The notes under the pieces: generated by a model | What the model saw: only the letters and a program-made list of their open reading frames with translations | Databases searched by the model: none | Told to the model about the DNA's origin: nothing | Assembly (NCBI GenBank): GCA_000092065.1 | Contig: CP000594.1 | Reading direction: 5' to 3' (one strand) | Length of the DNA stretch: 64,000 nucleotides | Source: Ostreococcus lucimarinus | Lineage: Eukaryota | Shown: in pieces, positions 21,284 to 32,925 of the stretch | Layout: each line of letters starts with the position of its first letter | Position numbering within the stretch: position 1 is the first letter of the stretch | Program-made: the position numbers and the translations under genes

Positions 21284-22498
21284 ATGAGTTCGCCGTTCGG
21301 GGCGAGGATCGAGACGCCGGCGTTGAGCGGGAAGTCGGCCAAAGCGATGCGGAACGCGAGCGCGGCGTGGGGTTGGACGTGTGTGCTCGTGTTGATGTAC
21401 GAGGCGCTGGTGCGAGGGATCGATGAACGGCGCGTGCACATGCTGAACGTGTATTATCAAGCGCCGACGGTGGCGACGCTGGCGTGTTTGATGTGGGCGC
21501 ACAACTTGCGAGTGTGGCACCGGTTGCGATTGACGCCTTCACCGTTGATTTGTTTTGGGGTTGAGCAAAACGAGTCGGTGACGTTTGAGCACGTGTATCG
21601 ATTGGCGCACGCGAGCGCGTTAGCTCTCTTGACCTCGGCGGTTTTGTTTCTATACGCGTACGACGTGGACGAACCGTTCGCCGCGACGACGATTTTGTTG
21701 GCGACGTATTTCGTTCCAATACTCGTCGCCATGTGGCCAAATAGAACGAAAGGGCTTGGAGAATTACGGTCGTATACGCGACGGTTGCTTTATAACTGCT
21801 TCACTCCCTTGGTGCGGCCGGTCGGGTTCGCTGATTTCTTCTTCGCCGACATCTTGTGTTCGTTGGCGAAATCTTTGAGCGATTTAGAACGCGTTGTTTG
21901 CAGCGTGCGACACCGCGTGATGCTCATACACACCGCCGCGGGTAAGTGCGGTGATAGAAGTATCATGATTCCCGTCGTGCTCATCATACCGTCCGCGATT
22001 CGACTGCTGCAGTGTCTGAGGCAGTTTGCCGACACGCGCGAGCCAAAGTGTCTGTACAACGCATTCAAGTACACGAGCGCGTTCCCGGTCATCATCATCT
22101 CCGGATTCCGGCACTTCATCGATCACGACGATTGGGTCTTCTTTTGGCGTCCGCTTTGGATCGGGTTTTGCGTGTTCAACACGTGTTTTAGCTTTTACTG
22201 GGACATCAAGCACGACTGGGGGCTGTCGTTGCTCGGCGGCGGCGCGCCTCGGCGACCCGGCGAGAAATTTCCGTTTGGATTGCGCGAGCGTCGCATTTAC
22301 GGCGCACCCAAGGTGTATTATCGGGCAATTTGGTTGAATTTCTTCTTGCGGATAAGTTGGACCTACAAGCTCGCGTCGCACTTGCGACATCATAGCGCCG
22401 TGCTCTGGCTCGTTACCGCCGCTGAAATCACGCGACGATTTCAATGGTCGTTGTTCCGCGTCGAGGTGGAATATTTGAGACGATTGCAGCACGCGTAA
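21284..22498 (+). CDS. EXS-domain (ERD1/XPR1/SYG1 C-terminal) membrane protein
   Basis: EXS signatures FADFFFADILCSLAKSL, PSAIRLLQCLRQFADT, LYNAFKYTSAFPVII, plus multiple TM helices. No SPX domain is seen. Confidence 0.75.
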   Translation: MSSPFGARIETPALSGKSAKAMRNASAAWGWTCVLVLMYEALVRGIDERRVHMLNVYYQAPTVATLACLMWAHNLRVWHRLRLTPSPLICFGVEQNESVTFEHVYRLAHASALALLTSAVLFLYAYDVDEPFAATTILLATYFVPILVAMWPNRTKGLGELRSYTRRLLYNCFTPLVRPVGFADFFFADILCSLAKSLSDLERVVCSVRHRVMLIHTAAGKCGDRSIMIPVVLIIPSAIRLLQCLRQFADTREPKCLYNAFKYTSAFPVIIISGFRHFIDHDDWVFFWRPLWIGFCVFNTCFSFYWDIKHDWGLSLLGGGAPRRPGEKFPFGLRERRIYGAPKVYYRAIWLNFFLRISWTYKLASHLRHHSAVLWLVTAAEITRRFQWSLFRVEVEYLRRLQHA

Positions 22499-22567
22499 AT
22501 AGCATTCTAGTACCGATATAGGTTATTATCACAACATCACGACTCTCTATCGATCCGTAAACACCCG

Positions 22568-23333
22568 CTATTTCGCGTGCGCGGTGAGCCATTTCAGGCA
22601 CACGTCGATGTTTGTGGAATTCTTGCAACTCACGTTGTAGCAGCACACCTCCCTCCCGGTCGCGCGTTTCAGCTCCATCGCCTCCACCACGTCCTGCACG
22701 CGCACCGCGCTCTCTAAATCGCTCTTATTCCCGAGCACCAACAACGGAATCTCCCGCAGCGTCTCCCTCTTGAGCAACCCGTGCAGCTCGTTCCTCGCCG
22801 TCTCAAACAATTCCTTCGCCGCCGCATCCACGACGTACACCACGCAATCCACGCCTCGACAGTACCGTTCCCACGTTCCCCGAAACCGTTCCTGTCCACC
22901 GAGATCCCACGTCTTCACGCTCACCCCATCCCTACGCAGTCTCCGCACGTTGAATCCCACCGTCGGAATCATATCCTCCTCAAACGTCCCGCCGCTCAGC
23001 GCGTCGATGAACGACGTCTTCCCGGCGTTCTGCAGCCCTGCGCGCGCGCGTTCGCGAAACGTCTTCGTCAGTCCCCGCGCGCGCGTCCCCGCGCCGTCCT
23101 CGCGCGCGATCGAATTCGTTTCGTCGCGATTCAAATCAAAGTCCGACGCAACCGCCATCTTAAATCGCTCTCGCGCGCGCCGCGTCTCGCGCGCCGCGTC
23201 TCGCGCGTCGCCTCGCGTCGTCGTCGGCGTCGCTCGACGCACCGATCACGACGATCTCCATCTCGCGTCCGAAGAACAGCGCGCGCAACCACGCGACGAA
23301 GGCGTCCCAGTACGAGCGCGCGTCGTCGCCCAT
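22568..23333 (-). CDS. ARL8: ARF-like small GTPase ARL8. Two exons: 23333..23243 and 23077..22571.
   Basis: Exon 1 encodes MGDDARSYWDAFVAWLRALFFGREMEIVVIG. Exon 2 encodes LQNAGKTSF..DMIPTVGFN..WDLGGQERFR..WERYCRG..VLGNKSDL...CCYNVSCK. The whole is collinear with human ARL8B ([26 protein letters not shown]...). Confidence 0.85.
23078..23242 (-). other. Spliceosomal intron of 165 nt in ARL8: GTGCGTC...GCGCGCAG, with a GGACTGAC branch-like motif
   Basis: Splicing joins the N-terminal amphipathic-helix exon to the G1 motif exon (..VVIG|LQNAGKT), restoring the ARL8 N-terminus. Confidence 0.8.
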
Positions 23334-23905
23334 CGCGCGTCGAGGTGTGAGGGGGACGACCGCGCGGCATCGCGAGACATTACGCGCCGCGCCGACGCGC
23401 GTGCATGGATCCCGCGAGACCGTTTTCGACGTGCGTGAGAGAAACTCGCGCGACGCGCGCGATGCGACGTCGCGCGCGACGCGGCGGCGCGGGCGCGCGA
23501 CGCGGCGGCGCGATGGATGACGATCGATTTGAGATTTCGCGAGCTGTCGAGTGATTAAAAATAAAACGACGACGCGAAGACGCGGACGCGCGACTGACGA
23601 GGGCGAGGGCGAGGCGAACAGGACGGTGGTCGTGCCGCTCGAGGACGAGAGACGCGCGAGGGCCGTGGGAGGGGCGCTCGGGGTGGATAAGGAGTTGCAA
23701 CCGAGGGTGGTGCGAAAGACGGTGACGACGCGCGAGAGGGAGAACGGGGACGGTTGGGAGGTCGTCGCGACGTTCGAGGCGAGCGAGTTGAAGGCGCTGA
23801 GGAGTGCGGTGAGTGGGTATTACGATTTGTTGACGGTGAGCGTGCGGACGGTGGAGGCGTTCGAGGAGGAGATTTGAATCGGCGGTACGGGCGAGAACGG
23901 GCGAG

Positions 23906-26900
23906 ATGCCGACGCGCGAGTATCAGATGAGCGATTATCACACGTACGAGGCGATCGGGAAAGGGAAGCACAGTACGGTGTATAAGGGGCGACGGAAGAA
24001 GTCGATTCAGTACTTTGCGATGAAGAGCGTGGAGAAAGGACAGAGAAATCGAGTGATGCACGAGGTGCAAGTGATGAAGGCGTTTTCCCACGAAAACGTG
24101 TTGAAATTCATCGCGTGTTACGAGACGCAAAATCATCTGTGGTTGATTCTGGAATACTGCGTCGGAGGTGATTTGTTGACGCTGCTGTCGCAAGATCTCA
24201 AGCTTCCCGAACCTTCCATCATGACGTTCGCGCGCGATATGTTCGTCGCCGCGCGAGAGTTGCACAGTAAAGGACTGGTGCACTGCGATTTAAAGCCAAG
24301 TAACATGTTGCTCGACGAAGAAGGGCGGATTAAGATTTGCGGATTCGGACTCAGTCGCAAGGTTTCCACTGTCGTGGCGTCTTCGGGTACGCCCACGCAG
24401 CTGTCGCGTCGAGGGACACCGTGTTATATGGCTCCGGAGATGTTTACACAAGAGGGCGTGCACTCGTACGCGACGGACTTGTGGGCGTTGGGGTGCGTGC
24501 TGTATGAGTGCGCCACCGGACGACCCCCGTTCACGAGTACGTCGTTGACATCATTGATCGAACAGATTTTAGAGCACGAGCCCGCACCGTTGCCCGCGGC
24601 GTATGGTACGACGTTTAAGAATTTGGTCTCTGGGTTGCTCATCAAGCGCCCGCACGCTCGTTTGACGTGGGACCAAGTCATTAACCATGAATTTTGGACC
24701 GAGCGCGGAGGGCAATACTTGGACGATCTTGGTGACTTAGTGACGCTTAGACTCCCACCGCAGCCTTCATTCGACGCGCTCGCGGCTAAACTGAAGAGCG
24801 AGGATTTGGCGGCGAGACTGCGAATGCTTGGAAACGCAAGAGCGTCGGGGGCGGTGGACGTGCGCGATTCTTTCATGCCCGTCTTGACGCAAAGTTTACG
24901 AGATAGCGTAAACGTCTCGCGACTGTCGAGGATTGCGCGTTCAAATTTGGAGCGAGAAGAAGTCGGTTCGTACGCGCCTAGCGGTGCTGCAGCTATCGAA
25001 GGCGACCCCTTGCAAGTCGCTGCCATTCACGAAGACGTGGAGTTGGAGAATCCAGACGCTGAGCTCAACTTCACCGCTCCGAGCGGGAACGACGATTTGG
25101 ACGTGGACATGGAAACCGAAGACGTTATCATACCTTCAGCTCCCAAAACGCCTCCTAGGGGAGGTCGTCGTGGTGACGATGATTACGCAGATGAAAACAG
25201 AGCAGAGAACTTTGCCGATCCCGCTGAGTCGTTTGGTGACGAGATGCAGTCGGACAGCGATGACGCAACTCGCATCGTGCTCACACCTTCCGACCGCGGA
25301 CGCTATGTTAGTAGACACGCGTTCGCCGGGCTTCGACGAGTCGCTCGTTACAGACGGCAGATGATGAGTTCGAAGAAACGTCGTCTTCGATGCGTCGCTT
25401 GGCGCCGCTTCCGGCGGAGACGCCGGCGGTGATCGGGAGGACAGAAAGTAGGATGCCTTCGCTGGCGGCAAGGAATGATGTGCTGGCAAAAAGTGTCGAT
25501 TACGACAAGTTCAAGAAGCTGTGCACGCATTCGACCGATTTGACCGTGCGACCCATCGTGTCCAATCACAGAATTGAAGTGGTGAAAGACGCGCCTCACG
25601 ATCCAGAAAAGTTGCCCTTCAAAGAATTGAGCGTGGACAAAATGTTGGCGACTTCTCAGAGCGAGCTCGAAGCGTTTCTGACTCGTATTTACCGCTCCGT
25701 GGCGCACCCTTCAAACGTTCAAGAAAAAGTTAACACTTTGGCTTATTTCGAGACGTTGTGCACCGAGGCGTCGAGCGCGAACGTCTTGGCGAATTCATCC
25801 TTGATGTCAATGTTCGTCCGAGTGCTCGGTAGCAGCAAATCTCCACCGTTGAAGATCAAGCTTTGCAGCATCATGGGCTTGTTGATGCGACATGCGACGC
25901 ATATTAGCGATGAGTTCGCGAAGAGTGAGGCTGCAAAAGTACTGGCGGGCACTATGAGCGACGAAAACTCTCGCGTGAGACGCCGAGCTATGGCGGCGCT
26001 CGGGGAACTGTCGTTTTACGTCGCGACGCAGCAGAGGCCAGACGCATCACAAGTATGGGGTATCACCGACAGTGTGATTGAGGTCTTCATCAAGACGTTA
26101 GAAGAGGAAGAAGATGAAATTACTAAGCACTACGCGTGCAAGAGCATCGAGAACATAGTCTCTCACGAGGGCTCAACGTGGATACAAGACGCATTCGCGG
26201 AGTGTCGCGTCGTAAGTGTTTTGTTTTCAATCGCGACGAATGACGCCGTAGACGACCAGCTTCGTGGTACTTCGGCAAGTGCGCTCGCAAGAATCGTTCG
26301 GCTCAAGTCGGAAACGCTTCACCCACTGGTCGGCGAAGAGGATTGCGATGGTTCAAATGCACGCGATGGCCTGGTGAAAATGCTTAGAGATCGTGAGAGA
26401 AAAGTACAACAGGCGGCACTCAACGTGTTGTGTAGAGCGCTGGTGGATGAAAAGTCGCGCTTGATTGCCACTATCATGGAAGTTCAAACGCTTTTGCCCA
26501 TTCTTGCTGGATTGTACGAGCGAAGTCAAACGCCCATCATCAAAGCCAAGTCGTTGCTCGCGATGGCGCTTTTGATTCGCGCGCATCCAAAATGGTTGCA
26601 ATCGCTTTGCAAGGCGCGCGTTTTGCCGATGTTGGATCGTCAACCGACGCAAATGGACCCTTATTTACAAGAATGTTTCGATACGTTCGTCACCACCGTT
26701 GTGGCCCTCGTGCCGGTCGTGAACACTGGTATCTTGCAGTACGTCGAGCGATCGCTCTCCACGGGATTGTCATCGGAAAACGCCATGCGACCGCAAGCGT
26801 TTGAGTTATTTCCTGTGCTCATTCATTTGCTGCAATCGACTGTCATGCGACCAAAAGTATTGACCAGTGCGTTTGTGATCGACATTGCGAAGTACATTCG

Positions 26901-27720
26901 CGCCGCTGAGGCTGAAGAGCATTACCCTGGTCGCGACGAGCTTCGCGTGGGAGTTATGGCGTTGCTCGAGACGTGCGCACAGTGTACGAATGAGTTGATT
27001 CATAAGGTTGATGCGTTGACGCGTCACTTATTACCGGCGCTGTGCGACTTACTCGAAGGAAGTGCGCACGTTGAAACTCGTTTCTTGGCGCTGAAGCTCA
27101 TCTACGAACTCTTGCTGCCATTGCGTTTGGATTTGGATATCGCCACGCAAAGCGGTCTCGATCGAAAAGTCGTTGCGCACCACTTGGACCAGCTCTTGAT
27201 GCAAGACTTGTTCCCGATGTGCCCTGCGTTGATCGATAGTGAAGACCCAATCCCATTGTACGCTTTGAAACTTCTCAGCGGCACGCTGGAGATTGAGCCC
27301 GCGCTTTGTCGCGAAATCATCGCCTTGGGTTTGGCGCCAAGATTCTTTGAGTTTCTCTCGCTCGAGCACACGAACAACAACGAGCACAACATACATCTGT
27401 GTCTCGCCCTCGCTCGATGCAAAGCGCTCAGCACGCAATCATTGTGGGACTTCGACGCCCCTGCGAAAGTCGCGCAAGTATGTGCGTATAGCTACGAGCG
27501 AAACGTCACGCAGTTTGTCGAGCCCGCGCTCGGCATCGCCGCCACCCTCCTTCGCCGCGCCGCCGCCGACGCGCCTCGCGCCGCCGGAGACGCCGTCCCA
27601 TCCGAAATCACCCCTCTCCTCGAGGTCGCGCCGACGCTTCGTCGGCTTGCAGCGACCATACCCGACGGTGCGCTCGCGCGCGATATCACTCATTCCCTCG
27701 ACACCTTCAACGCGCATTAA
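23906..27720 (+). CDS. ULK4: ULK4-like Ser/Thr (pseudo)kinase with a C-terminal ARM/HEAT-repeat region. Probable exons 23906..25306 and 25354..27720.
   Basis: N-terminus YEAIGKGKHSTVYKGRRKKSI...NHLWLILEYCVGGDL...HCDLKPSNMLL matches the human ULK4 kinase domain. The DFG position reads GFG (KICGFGLSR), consistent with a degenerate activation loop. Downstream are ~750 aa of ARM/HEAT-like repeats. Confidence 0.75.
25307..25353 (+). other. Candidate 47-nt micro-intron in the ULK4-like gene: GTTAGT...CGTTACAG, with in-frame TAG TAG inside
   Basis: It changes frame from the kinase exon (...TPSDRGRY) to the ARM exon (TADDEFEETSSSMRRLAP...). It removes Arg-rich read-through nonsense. The donor is close to the canonical GTAAGT. 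Confidence 0.5.
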
Positions 27721-27721
27721 T

Positions 27722-27726
27722 TGTAA
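27722..27726 (+). terminator. Putative polyadenylation signal TGTAA 2 nt downstream of the ULK4-like stop
   Basis: The same pentamer is found 5-45 nt downstream of the stops of SND1 (35791-35795), 3R-MYB (29320-29324), mL41 (43101-43105), the 43210 gene (43963-43972) and the twinfilin-like gene (60795-60799). In reverse complement it follows ABC1 (19097-19101) and TFB5 (16662-16666). TGTAA is the chlorophyte poly(A) signal. Confidence 0.4.
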
Positions 27727-27979
27727 CACAGAACTCGCACGCGAGTCAACAGCACGCTGTCAACTCACACACAGATGCTCATTCGGTCAACAATCGACCG
27801 CACACCACGCGCGCGTCGCCGCACGACGTCGAGCGACACAGGGAGCCGTAACGGAACCGCACGGAACGTCACCTTCCGCCGCGCGCGAACGCTCGCGATA
27901 GACAACCGACGCGCGCGTTGTCGCAACGTCGACCGGGACACGAAGCGTTTTTTCAACCGTCGCGCGCCTTCGCGTCATC

Positions 27980-29280
27980 ATGCCTCGAGATCACACCCGC
28001 GACGCCAAGCCGTGGACCGCGGAGGAAGATGCAGCGTTGTTGACGCTACAAGGCGCGCATGGGAACAGATGGAGCGAGATCGCGCGCGCGATGGGCACTC
28101 GGAGTGGACAACAGTGCGCACAGCGGTGGCGACACAAGGTCAACCCAGGGATCCGACGGGAGCGGTGGAGCGAGGAGGAGGATGAAAAGGTGCGAATGCG
28201 GTTCGATAACGTGAGCAAATGATATTGGTTACATGCGTTGTGTGCGCAGAACACAATTTTGGTCGCGTGGCGGGAGAGATATCGTCGAGTGGTCCCGCGC
28301 GGTCCCGCGTCGTCTCAAACGATTTGACTGGACGAAGAGAGCGATTTGATTTGACGTGACAGTTGAAGACACTGAAAGAGCGCTACGGGTCGAGATGGGC
28401 AACGATCGCGCGTGAAATGGGTGGTCGCACGGATCAGCAATGTATGGGACGGTGGAGACGACATCTCGATCCGACAGTGACTCGCGGCGCGTGGGCTCGG
28501 GACGAAGACGAGCTCTTGTGCGGGTTGTACGACGAGTACGGTCCGCGATGGTCATTCATCTGTCAGAGCGTTCCGGGTCGCACCGCGCAACAATGTCGCG
28601 CGCGATGGTTTCAAGTCGACGGTAAGCCCAGGGAAGAGCGCGATCATCGCCCGTCCAGGCGGCAATCGCCCGTCGAGACTTCATCTCATGGACCCGCGGA
28701 GGATCATCCAGCGCGGCGATTTTCCGATCATGAAGGGTTGGTGACGCGTACTTCGATCGATTCGATGCCCATGGCGAGTCTGTCGCCAACACCAGTCGCT
28801 GAAAAACGACCATTCAGTCACATTCTGGCCGAAGTCAGCGCGCGCACGACGCAAAAGACTGGATCGTTAATAGAATCCGCCTCCATAGCGACTGCGCTCG
28901 GGCGCGCTTCGCCGGCGACTCTCTCAAAGCGCAAACAAGTATCGACAGCGCTGGATCCGATGTCGCTTTGGCGCGACGTCGGCGGTACGAAAGCCGTCGG
29001 TAGCTTGGCGCCGACACTCGTGGAAGATGGTAAGCGCAAACGCGGACGCCCGTCGAAGACGGTGGACGCGCCGCGGTCGCCGATGGCGAGGCTTTCGGTA
29101 CAATCTCCTCGCGCATCATCGGTGTATGCACCGCGAACGCGCGCGCGAGCGTCGACGGCATCTGCATCATCCAAATCTACGCCTCATTCGTCAGTGATTG
29201 GTCGATCGACAGAAGAGGATAAACTCTCCGTTTTGCTCGGCGTCGCGCTCGGTCGAAGCGACGGCGCGGCGCCGCGTTGA
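27980..29280 (+). CDS. R1R2R3-type MYB (3R-MYB / c-Myb-like) transcription factor. Exons 27980..28189 and 28363..29280.
   Basis: Three tandem Myb repeats: WTAEEDAALLTLQGAHGNRWSEIARAMGTRSGQQCAQRWRHKVNP; WSEEEDEK|LKTLKERYGSRWATIAREMGGRTDQQCMGRWRRHLDP (spanning the intron); WARDEDELLCGLYDEYGPRWSFICQSVPGRTAQQCRARW. Confidence 0.8.
28190..28362 (+). other. Spliceosomal intron of 173 nt in the 3R-MYB gene: GTGCGAATG...GACGTGACAG
   Basis: The donor falls immediately after the EEDEK codons. Splicing fuses the two halves of Myb repeat R2 with the correct W/W/W spacing. Confidence 0.8.
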
Positions 29281-29380
29281 ATCGGCTAGGGAAAAATAAT
29301 GTTGGTTTGCTGCTCGTGTTGTAACGACAAACTACGAAGAGAAAAACGTTTTTATGAGCGCTGGATTCGGGAGTCGATAG

Positions 29381-30108
29381 CTACGCCGCGACGCACTCGA
29401 GGAGCGCTTGAAAGTCCGCCTCCTCGTTCGCGTCGGGGAGGGCGTCAAAGCGCGCGTCGTCGAGCCACGCGAAATCGTCGATGTCAATCCCATCGAGGTC
29501 ATCTTGACTTTCTGAATGAATCCCCGATTCTGATTCCGCGCCGCGGGCGAGGTCGCCGTCCAGGCTCCCGAGCGCGCCCTCGACGTCGTCCGAGTTCGCG
29601 CTCGGCGAGTTCGCCCGTCGTCGTCGTTTGCGGTTGGCATATTCATCGCGCTTTTCTCGCCGGCGCGTGGCTCGTCCCCGCGCGTCGCTCCAAACGGGCC
29701 CTCTCCGACGCGTCGACGAGACGAATCCCTTCGTCTCCTCTTCGCGTCTTCGATAGCCCTCGCGACGCGCGCGAGTTCCGAGCGCGTAGTCCGGCTTCGC
29801 GACCGCGTATAATCCGCCCCCGACGACGACGGCGTCCGCGCCGGCGTCCGCTCCCCATCGCTCGCGCGCGACGACGCCACCCTTCCGTCCCATCCCGCGC
29901 GCCGCTCGCGCGTCAGCTCCGACAGCGCGTCCTTCAGCACCGCGTTCTCCGTCGCGAGCGCGCGCGTCAACCGCTCGAGCGCGTCCACGCGTCGCCGCGC
30001 GTCCCGCTCGAGCGCCCGCTTCCGCGCCCGCGACGCCGCGCTCGCCGCGCGATTCGCCTCGAGTCGACGCGCGCGTCGCGTCGCGTCGTCCGCGTCGCGC
30101 GTCGCCAT
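29381..30108 (-). CDS. bZIP transcription factor with the basic region at its N-terminus and an acidic C-terminus. There is an internal -1 frame discontinuity, probably near the A4 run around 29652-29655.
   Basis: ATG at 30108. RRARRLEANRAASAASRARKRALERDARRRVDALERLTRALATENAVLKDALSEL gives an N-x2-AA-x2-S-R-x-RK basic motif plus a Leu heptad zipper. An acidic tail (DDLDGIDIDDFAWLDDARFDALPDANEEADFQALLE) is in a second frame (ORF 29381..29893). Confidence 0.55.
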
Positions 30109-30167
30109 CGCGCGCGCGTCGGCGTGTGCGTCGACGCGGTCGGCACCCGCGGCGTCGGACGCGTGGT

Positions 30168-30220
30168 CGCGCGTTTCGATTGGTCGGCGGCGTGCATCGC
30201 GCGTTTCGATTGGTCGGCGC
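30168..30220. promoter_or_regulatory. Tandem duplicated ~31-bp element (CGCGTTTCGATTGGTCGGCG x2), each copy containing a CCAAT box (ATTGG on the + strand). It sits in the divergent promoter between the bZIP gene (-) and the ARID gene (+).
   Basis: A direct repeat is visible at 30168-30190 and 30199-30220, 60-110 bp upstream of the bZIP ATG at 30108. CCAAT is the NF-Y consensus. Confidence 0.4.
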
Positions 30221-30550
30221 ACGTGCGTCGATTCGCGCGTTTTACACCGCGCGAACGCGATGTGCGCATATATGCGACGCGGGTAAACCCTACACGTGCG
30301 CGCGTGTGTCCGTTCCGTGTGTGTGTTACGGTCTCGCATTTGAACGCGTCGCCGCGGGATCGCGCGCGCGCGCGGTCACACGACGAACGCGCGCGCGGGA
30401 TCGCGCGCGCGCGCGACGTCCGACGCGACGCATCGACGGCGACGCGTTTACATCGACGCGCGCGACGCGCGAAATCGGCGCTCGAACGCGACGGACGCGC
30501 GGAGCGACGGTATTAACACGCGCGGACGACGGGGCGACGGCGCGGGCGAT

Positions 30551-31461
30551 CATGGAGGCGACGACGACGACGACGACGACGGGCGCGGGAGAGCGCGACG
30601 AAGCGCGGCGATCGCTCGAAGCGCTCGGTGAACGCGAGTTTCTGGATGATTTGGTGCGCGGCGACGCTCGAACGCGCGAACGGGGACGGAATAGGGGATA
30701 TTAAGAATGCGGACGCGCGAGGGCGATTGGCGCGCGGCGCGAGGGGCGGACGCGCGAAGCGCGCGACGAGGACGCGGGCGCGGCGACTGACGACGACGCG
30801 ATCGACGGTGATTGGTTTTCGCGATAGATATTGACGCTGAGGAAGGATCCGGCGCTCGCGCGAGAGGTTCCCGAGGGCGTGGGTGGGTGACGACGCGCGG
30901 CGCGAATCTCGTCGGAGCGGCGAATCGTCGCGATTTCGGAGGCGCGCGCGGCGCGTTTGATTCGGCGCGGCGCGGACGAGCGATCGAGAGACTGACGACG
31001 AGGACGACGACGCTCGATCGCGAATCGCAGACTACTCGCAGTTCCCGCAGCGCACGGTGAATGGTTTTAAACTGGATTTGTTTGGGTTGTATCACAACGT
31101 GTGCGCGCGGGGAGGTTTTCCCGTGGAGACGAATGGGTCGGCGAGCAAGGTGCCGTGGTCGTGGAGCAAGGAAATTTTCAAGGGCATGGCGAACTGGACG
31201 GACAACCATCGGTGCACGTCGGTGGGGCACGATTTAATCTGCAGCTATCGCAAGTACTTGCTCGCGTACGAGCAGGCGCACCCGGAGGACGTCGACACGA
31301 GCGGCGCGCCCGTGGACGCGAACGCGGTGCCGCGCGGCGAGCAGACGATTCGAACGCGCGTGGCGACTGGCGCGCCGCAACGACGACGCGCGGGCGAAGG
31401 CGGCGCGGGAGGGAGTGGACGCGGGCGCGGACGGCCGCGCAATCCCGACGGCGGCGGTGGA

Positions 31462-31499
<38 letters not shown>

Positions 31500-32790
31500 A
31501 CCGCCGGGATTGCCCTCGCGAGGCGGGAACAATTTCAACTTTTCCATCGGCAATCGCGTGCGCGTGTACTGGCCGAGCGATAACGATTGGTACTCGGGGA
31601 TGGTCGTGATGCAGGAGACGACGCCGGAGGGGGTGGTTTACAGTAAAATTGATTACGACGATGGTGATGAAGAAGTTTTGAATCTTTCAAACGAGATTTG
31701 TGAGTGTTTGGACGACGACGAAGATGGATTAGTGTATCGCCCGAGACCGAGCTCGAGGCGAGGCGCGAACACGGGCACTCCTGGGCAATTGGCGTTGGAG
31801 TACCAAGGTGGACACGAGCACGAGACGATGCGGCAGCCGATATCTATGGAAGAAGTCCTCGAGGCGATGAATCGTCGGGAAGCAGCGCGAGGTTTGTTTG
31901 AGCTATCGGCGGAACCGCACGAGGCGCAGGAAACGTTTCGGCTCGGGTACATGATGGGCGTTCGTCGCGCCGCGTTCAAGGCGGTGGATGTCATGCAAAC
32001 CATGCTGGCGAGGGCGTTTCCCGAGGGTGATCCGATGCGGGATTTGGTGACGAAAGAAGATTTGCACAAGGCGGTGGTGGATGGCACGTACGAGGCTGAT
32101 GCGGAGAGCGAGCTCGAGGAGGAACCGCCGGAGGATGAAGCGAACGATCCCATTGAGACGAAGACGTACGATCGCCCTTGGCCGAAAGAAACTAATATCC
32201 CCACGGAACAGGAAGTGTCGGACGAATTAGAAGCCATGCGCGCCGCTGCAAAAGAACGGCAAGCGCAAATGCAGCAACCGCTCGACGCGGATGGGAACCC
32301 AAAATTGGTCTTCAAGGTGAAGCGATCGCGCGAGTCGACGGACGATTTAGTCGCTTCGGCGGATGGCAAAGACGTCGCGATGGACAATGCTGACAAGCAA
32401 ACGGAAGGAACGAAACCAGCGGTGGAGATGACGACTGGTACTGATCCCACCGGCGGAGAAGATGAAGAACCCGACGCGAAACGCCCTGCGCCCGAAGACG
32501 CCGCCGCGAGCGCCACGCCGCTCGGCGACCAACGCCGCATCGCCCTTAATAAAGTCGTCAATGTCGAATACGGCGGCGACAAGACCGTCCTTCGCTGGCT
32601 CGACACCCACGGCTGGGGTCATTACGCCGGTTCGTTCGCCGTCTACGGCGTCTCCCGCCGGACCCTGAACTACCTCTCGATGACAGATTTGGAAAACATT
32701 CAAGTCGACGCGCCGGCGCGCGCGCAAATGTTCAGAGCGCTCGATCGCCGTCGCAAGCGCAACGAAAAGTACCGCTTGAACGGCACATGA
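30551..32790 (+). CDS. ARID + RG-repeat + Tudor-like + C-terminal SAM domain chromatin protein. The 5' exon structure is unresolved.
   Basis: Candidate exon 1 from the ATG at 30551 (MEATTTTTTTGAGERDEARRSLEALGEREFLDDLVRG). ARID core in frame from ~31036 (KLDLFGLYHNVCARGGFPVETNGSASKVPWSWSKEIFKGM...YRKYLLAYEQ). GRGRGRGRGRGRGRGRP tract. Tudor-like block (FSIGNRVRVYWPSDNDWYSGMVV...YSKIDYDDGDEEVLNLSNE). SAM-like C-terminus (LRWLDTHGWGHYAGSFAVYGVSRRTLNYLSMTDLENIQV). Confidence 0.6.
31463..31499 (+). repeat. Perfect hexanucleotide microsatellite (GGGCGC)6 within the coding sequence, encoding (GR)n
   Basis: gcgggcgcgggcgcgggcgcgggcgcgggcgcgggcg read directly from the sequence. Confidence 0.9.
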
Positions 32791-32925
32791 CTTTTCATCG
32801 CAATTTGCATAGCACTTTTTAGCGTTTCATAAAAACTTTCCACGCGTTCGCGACGAAGTCCATCCGCGTCTCGTCGCGCGGCGCCGCACACCGCGACGCG
32901 ACATCCATCGCGAGATCGCGTCACC